Under the pieces are notes generated by a model. That model was not told the DNA's origin, made no database searches, and saw nothing but the letters and a program-made list of their open reading frames with translations. Shown here piece after piece: positions 62,201 to 64,000 of a DNA stretch of 64,000 bases. Origin of the DNA: Promethearchaeia archaeon (GTDB lineage: Archaea; Asgardarchaeota; Lokiarchaeia; Sigyniarchaeales; SOKP01). Location: contig JAHQWL010000023.1 of assembly GCA_029856155.1 (NCBI GenBank), forward strand, positions 128,001 through 192,000. The letters run 5' to 3'. Position 1 is the first letter of the stretch. Each line of letters starts with the position of its first letter. The translations under genes were made by a program, and so were the position numbers.

Positions 62201-64000
62201 AGGAGACTTCAATGAATACTAATCCACTTACTACTAGTAATACTATATAAATTGTAATTAGAAGGCTCGAATTAACGAAAACCAAGTAAAGAAAAATATT
62301 GATCCATAGAGCTATAGGAATTAAAAGATAGAAAATTGAACTAATTTTGCTGAAATAACGTAGGATGTCTTTTATCTTTATATCTAACTCTGATTTTTCT
62401 ATATATTTCATACAAAACAAAAATAACATTGGCCAGATTATCAGAAAATTACATATCTGGTAGACTAATAATATATTAGAAAATATCAAGTACAATAATA
62501 AATATGGAATGATTATTGCAAAGAATATGGAAAAAAATATTGAATTAAGAAAGAAGCAAGTAAGATTAAGCCATTTTACTTGATTTCTATCATGATAAAT
62601 CTTTAATATGCTATTTTTTATTTCTGCAGTTTCATCTTTTACTGTATTTTTAAATAAATTTATTATAATTTGAAAAGTAAAAAGGTATATCATTGCCCAT
62701 GTTAATAGCCAGAAAGGTCTTATTACTTCAAATGTTAGTAGAGCTTCCAAGATAGGTGTTGTTATAGGAATTGGAATAATAAACCATAGAATATAGCGAT
62801 ATTCAATAAAAATAAAGTATAGGAATATGGTAAACACTGAAGAAAACGTAGAAATTAAAACACCCGGTGTTGCGTTAAATATAATATAAGTTAAGGATGT
62901 GATCGAGGATGATGTTCCAAATGCCACTATTAAAAAAGGAATTATCTTATTAATAGAAATTCTCATCTTATATTTATTAAATATGAAAAGTGAGCAGCCA
63001 AATACAGTTAATGCCAATGAAAAAGCAAAAACAAAAAATCCTGGAAATAAACTGAATGTATTGAAGGTAAACCATGAAAGATTAATAACTAGAATCCATG
63101 AAAGACACAAATCTATAAATTTTTTTGGAACTTCAACATATTTAGAGGAAAAAAGACTGAAACCAATTACAAGAAAACTAATGTTTAATGAAAAAATTGG
63201 ATTCAATATTATCAAATAAAGAATGAAATAGATTGTAAAGAAAATACCTAATATAGTGATGAAGTATGCGCTTATTAAAACAACACCAACTGATCTAATA
63301 TTCGGGAAAAAAGAGTAAACTATTAGAAATAACCCTATTACTAAGATGTCGATTGATATAGTCATCTCTAATGAAATTCCAATTGATAATAAATAGAAAA
63401 ACAGAAATGTAGCGTTTATAAATGTTAGAGGAAATACCCAAAGAATTGAAATAATTTTCCAGTATTTAAATATTGCTAATAATGGCATCAATAAGACAAC
63501 TGAAAACATAATAAAAGAAAAATTTCTTAACAGTAGATCTGATACAAATAAATTTAGGCTAACCCAATAAAGTAAGAATAGACTTTCACCCCACACAACA
63601 AAAACTATTGTAGAAAAGTATTTCTTGATTTTACTATACACAACTGGAAAGAAAAATAATGAGCAAATTATTATAGATAAAATAAATGATCCACTAGCAT
63701 CGAATGCTCCAAATCTCAATGAGTTTGTAAAAACATCTATTCCAGTGAGACTTTGATAAATTATGAAAAAGTTTACAAATGGTAATATGTTCCAAGCATA
63801 CCACCCAGATTTCCAAATTGCCAAGGATATCTTCCATTGATAAATTCCAATAGATATGTAATATAGAAGAACGCCAATATCGATTGCGAATATTAAAGGG
63901 ACTAAAGAAAACAGTGGCATAGCTAAAGAGGCAATTATAATAAAATACAAGAAAGTAGGAAATGAGACTATAATTGAGATTAATACAATGTAAAATGATC
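59298..64000 (-). CDS. Giant polytopic membrane protein, 5' end outside the window
   Basis: Frame stays open to the window edge (SFYIVLISIIVSFPTFL); over 1560 aa of almost continuous hydrophobic helices. Confidence 0.85.
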   Translation of the reverse strand, partial: SFYIVLISIIVSFPTFLYFIIIASLAMPLFSLVPLIFAIDIGVLLYYISIGIYQWKISLAIWKSGWYAWNILPFVNFFIIYQSLTGIDVFTNSLRFGAFDASGSFILSIIICSLFFFPVVYSKIKKYFSTIVFVVWGESLFLLYWVSLNLFVSDLLLRNFSFIMFSVVLLMPLLAIFKYWKIISILWVFPLTFINATFLFFYLLSIGISLEMTISIDILVIGLFLIVYSFFPNIRSVGVVLISAYFITILGIFFTIYFILYLIILNPIFSLNISFLVIGFSLFSSKYVEVPKKFIDLCLSWILVINLSWFTFNTFSLFPGFFVFAFSLALTVFGCSLFIFNKYKMRISINKIIPFLIVAFGTSSSITSLTYIIFNATPGVLISTFSSVFTIFLYFIFIEYRYILWFIIPIPITTPILEALLTFEVIRPFWLLTWAMIYLFTFQIIINLFKNTVKDETAEIKNSILKIYHDRNQVKWLNLTCFFLNSIFFSIFFAIIIPYLLLYLIFSNILLVYQICNFLIIWPMLFLFCMKYIEKSELDIKIKDILRYFSKISSIFYLLIPIALWINIFLYLVFVNSSLLITIYIVLLVVSGLVFIEVSFIDRKFLLLLLTSSRNKFTLWSWIVFSNILSLFLYLYHSNFFLLVLTISLLGLISLYFLSYLDISKQMITKGRLILIYNSFIWSSFYLASLISNGLILIFEELIGFAYYSLLFQNSSFILYLLSVSFVRIEKDIKNRIEFSLFIIFQGLLAINLIYIFILYGILNFFSVNLIIFIEVCLSFISVYYFNFILAEQKYPNFLLKMHSILFLIFYCEISIMIYGLLSGVIGIYESIIVSLSVLLIFTSLDIYSIKKIKEGYARLIHTITFLTISVMTFLILYDYISQYPFFLGLGIFIFIIMQFYTNYSLFKSLENLYPKGQVTLKKDQKAIQQLIGTGFYSTICIFLAQILIFQRVEILLILLILSLVIHGLMIVDKFLFKFLGKIVNYIQVISWVSIMTFTSTYLIWLYSTYFVAFFYTVIPIIVIILILEFAYLTKLLAFWSFVASNKEKIRFLLILISYLNFITWPLYFASLNLLHTLNLTLASFFIMFLITLIDNILKEDFRKSLRSFSILIIGGLLSIDSFLLLNSIPNFNIFLNLTISSLVIHVLMLIDSYLLKFIGKFTNSIKVFSWFLIMIFTSVYLTWLYSTFYLTFSPTVIPFIIFILILEFAYLFKLSVSWKLVASNKERIKFYLIISTYLNFITWPLYFASLNPFYVLNLALASFFIMFFLSLIDTVLKEDFRKSLRSYSFLIIGGLISIDLFFMFQFILVLDIFLNLSVSSLVFVIFLGIKIKPFKGHSAGALIFWIVIFLLLSSIIYHISLSFIITGIFFAFTVLIYPFIFLLEELRALINKIIEALTRFFTHLRILIKNMFIRIFVFFKKQFKYIWILISACLAVFIGIIFSDSILGLLNPYHSIILIFPIFGIIYSLKPSEKTEDVNIMFRRRMVRLVISWGSTIIIMFTFIPAEWYVFTTWISIWILGAILLPYIIFKEKNESISIKWRFYTLIILISLLILFGIIVAIQFL
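60035..61110 (-). repeat. 537-bp (179-aa) internal tandem duplication
   Basis: TTTAAAGAAGCAAAATATAAAGGCCAAGTTATAAAATT at 60244 and 60781; YLNFITWPLYFASLN and LKEDFRKSLRS each occur twice. Confidence 0.93.

Noticed and set aside
441-63219. Many short antisense or overlapping ORFs in the track (e.g. 441-632, 13479-13826, 21004-21318, 28002-28217, 59659-63219)
   Set aside because: Shadow frames of well-supported genes with no motifs of their own

Overview
AT-rich archaeal chromosomal segment, most likely Asgard/Lokiarchaeia (inferred from the Rab-like GTPase, longin-like protein, proteasome alpha, TFB, RFC, bacterial-type DnaK/DnaJ and many acyl-CoA/lipid catabolic enzymes). Contents in order: dnaK (5' truncated)-dnaJ-tfb; class II aldolase; a divergent flavoprotein/Fe-S cluster (FixC/FixX-like versus GlcD/F-like plus SCP2-like and CrtC/lipocalin-like genes); transporters and peptidases; a GNAT-rfcS-rfcS'-rfcL operon with eukaryote-like features; a 2026-aa helical repeat protein with five 369-bp tandem units, downstream of Rab, proteasome alpha and a wHTH gene; a sirtuin and acyl-CoA ligases; a split iRadA / small partner / PolB2 module with PIP boxes; a GH20; a LIV-type ABC transporter with a HEAT-repeat gene; and a giant polytopic membrane protein cut by the window edge. 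I saw no tRNA, rRNA, CRISPR array or transposase. All calls come from motif recognition by eye; no database search was run.
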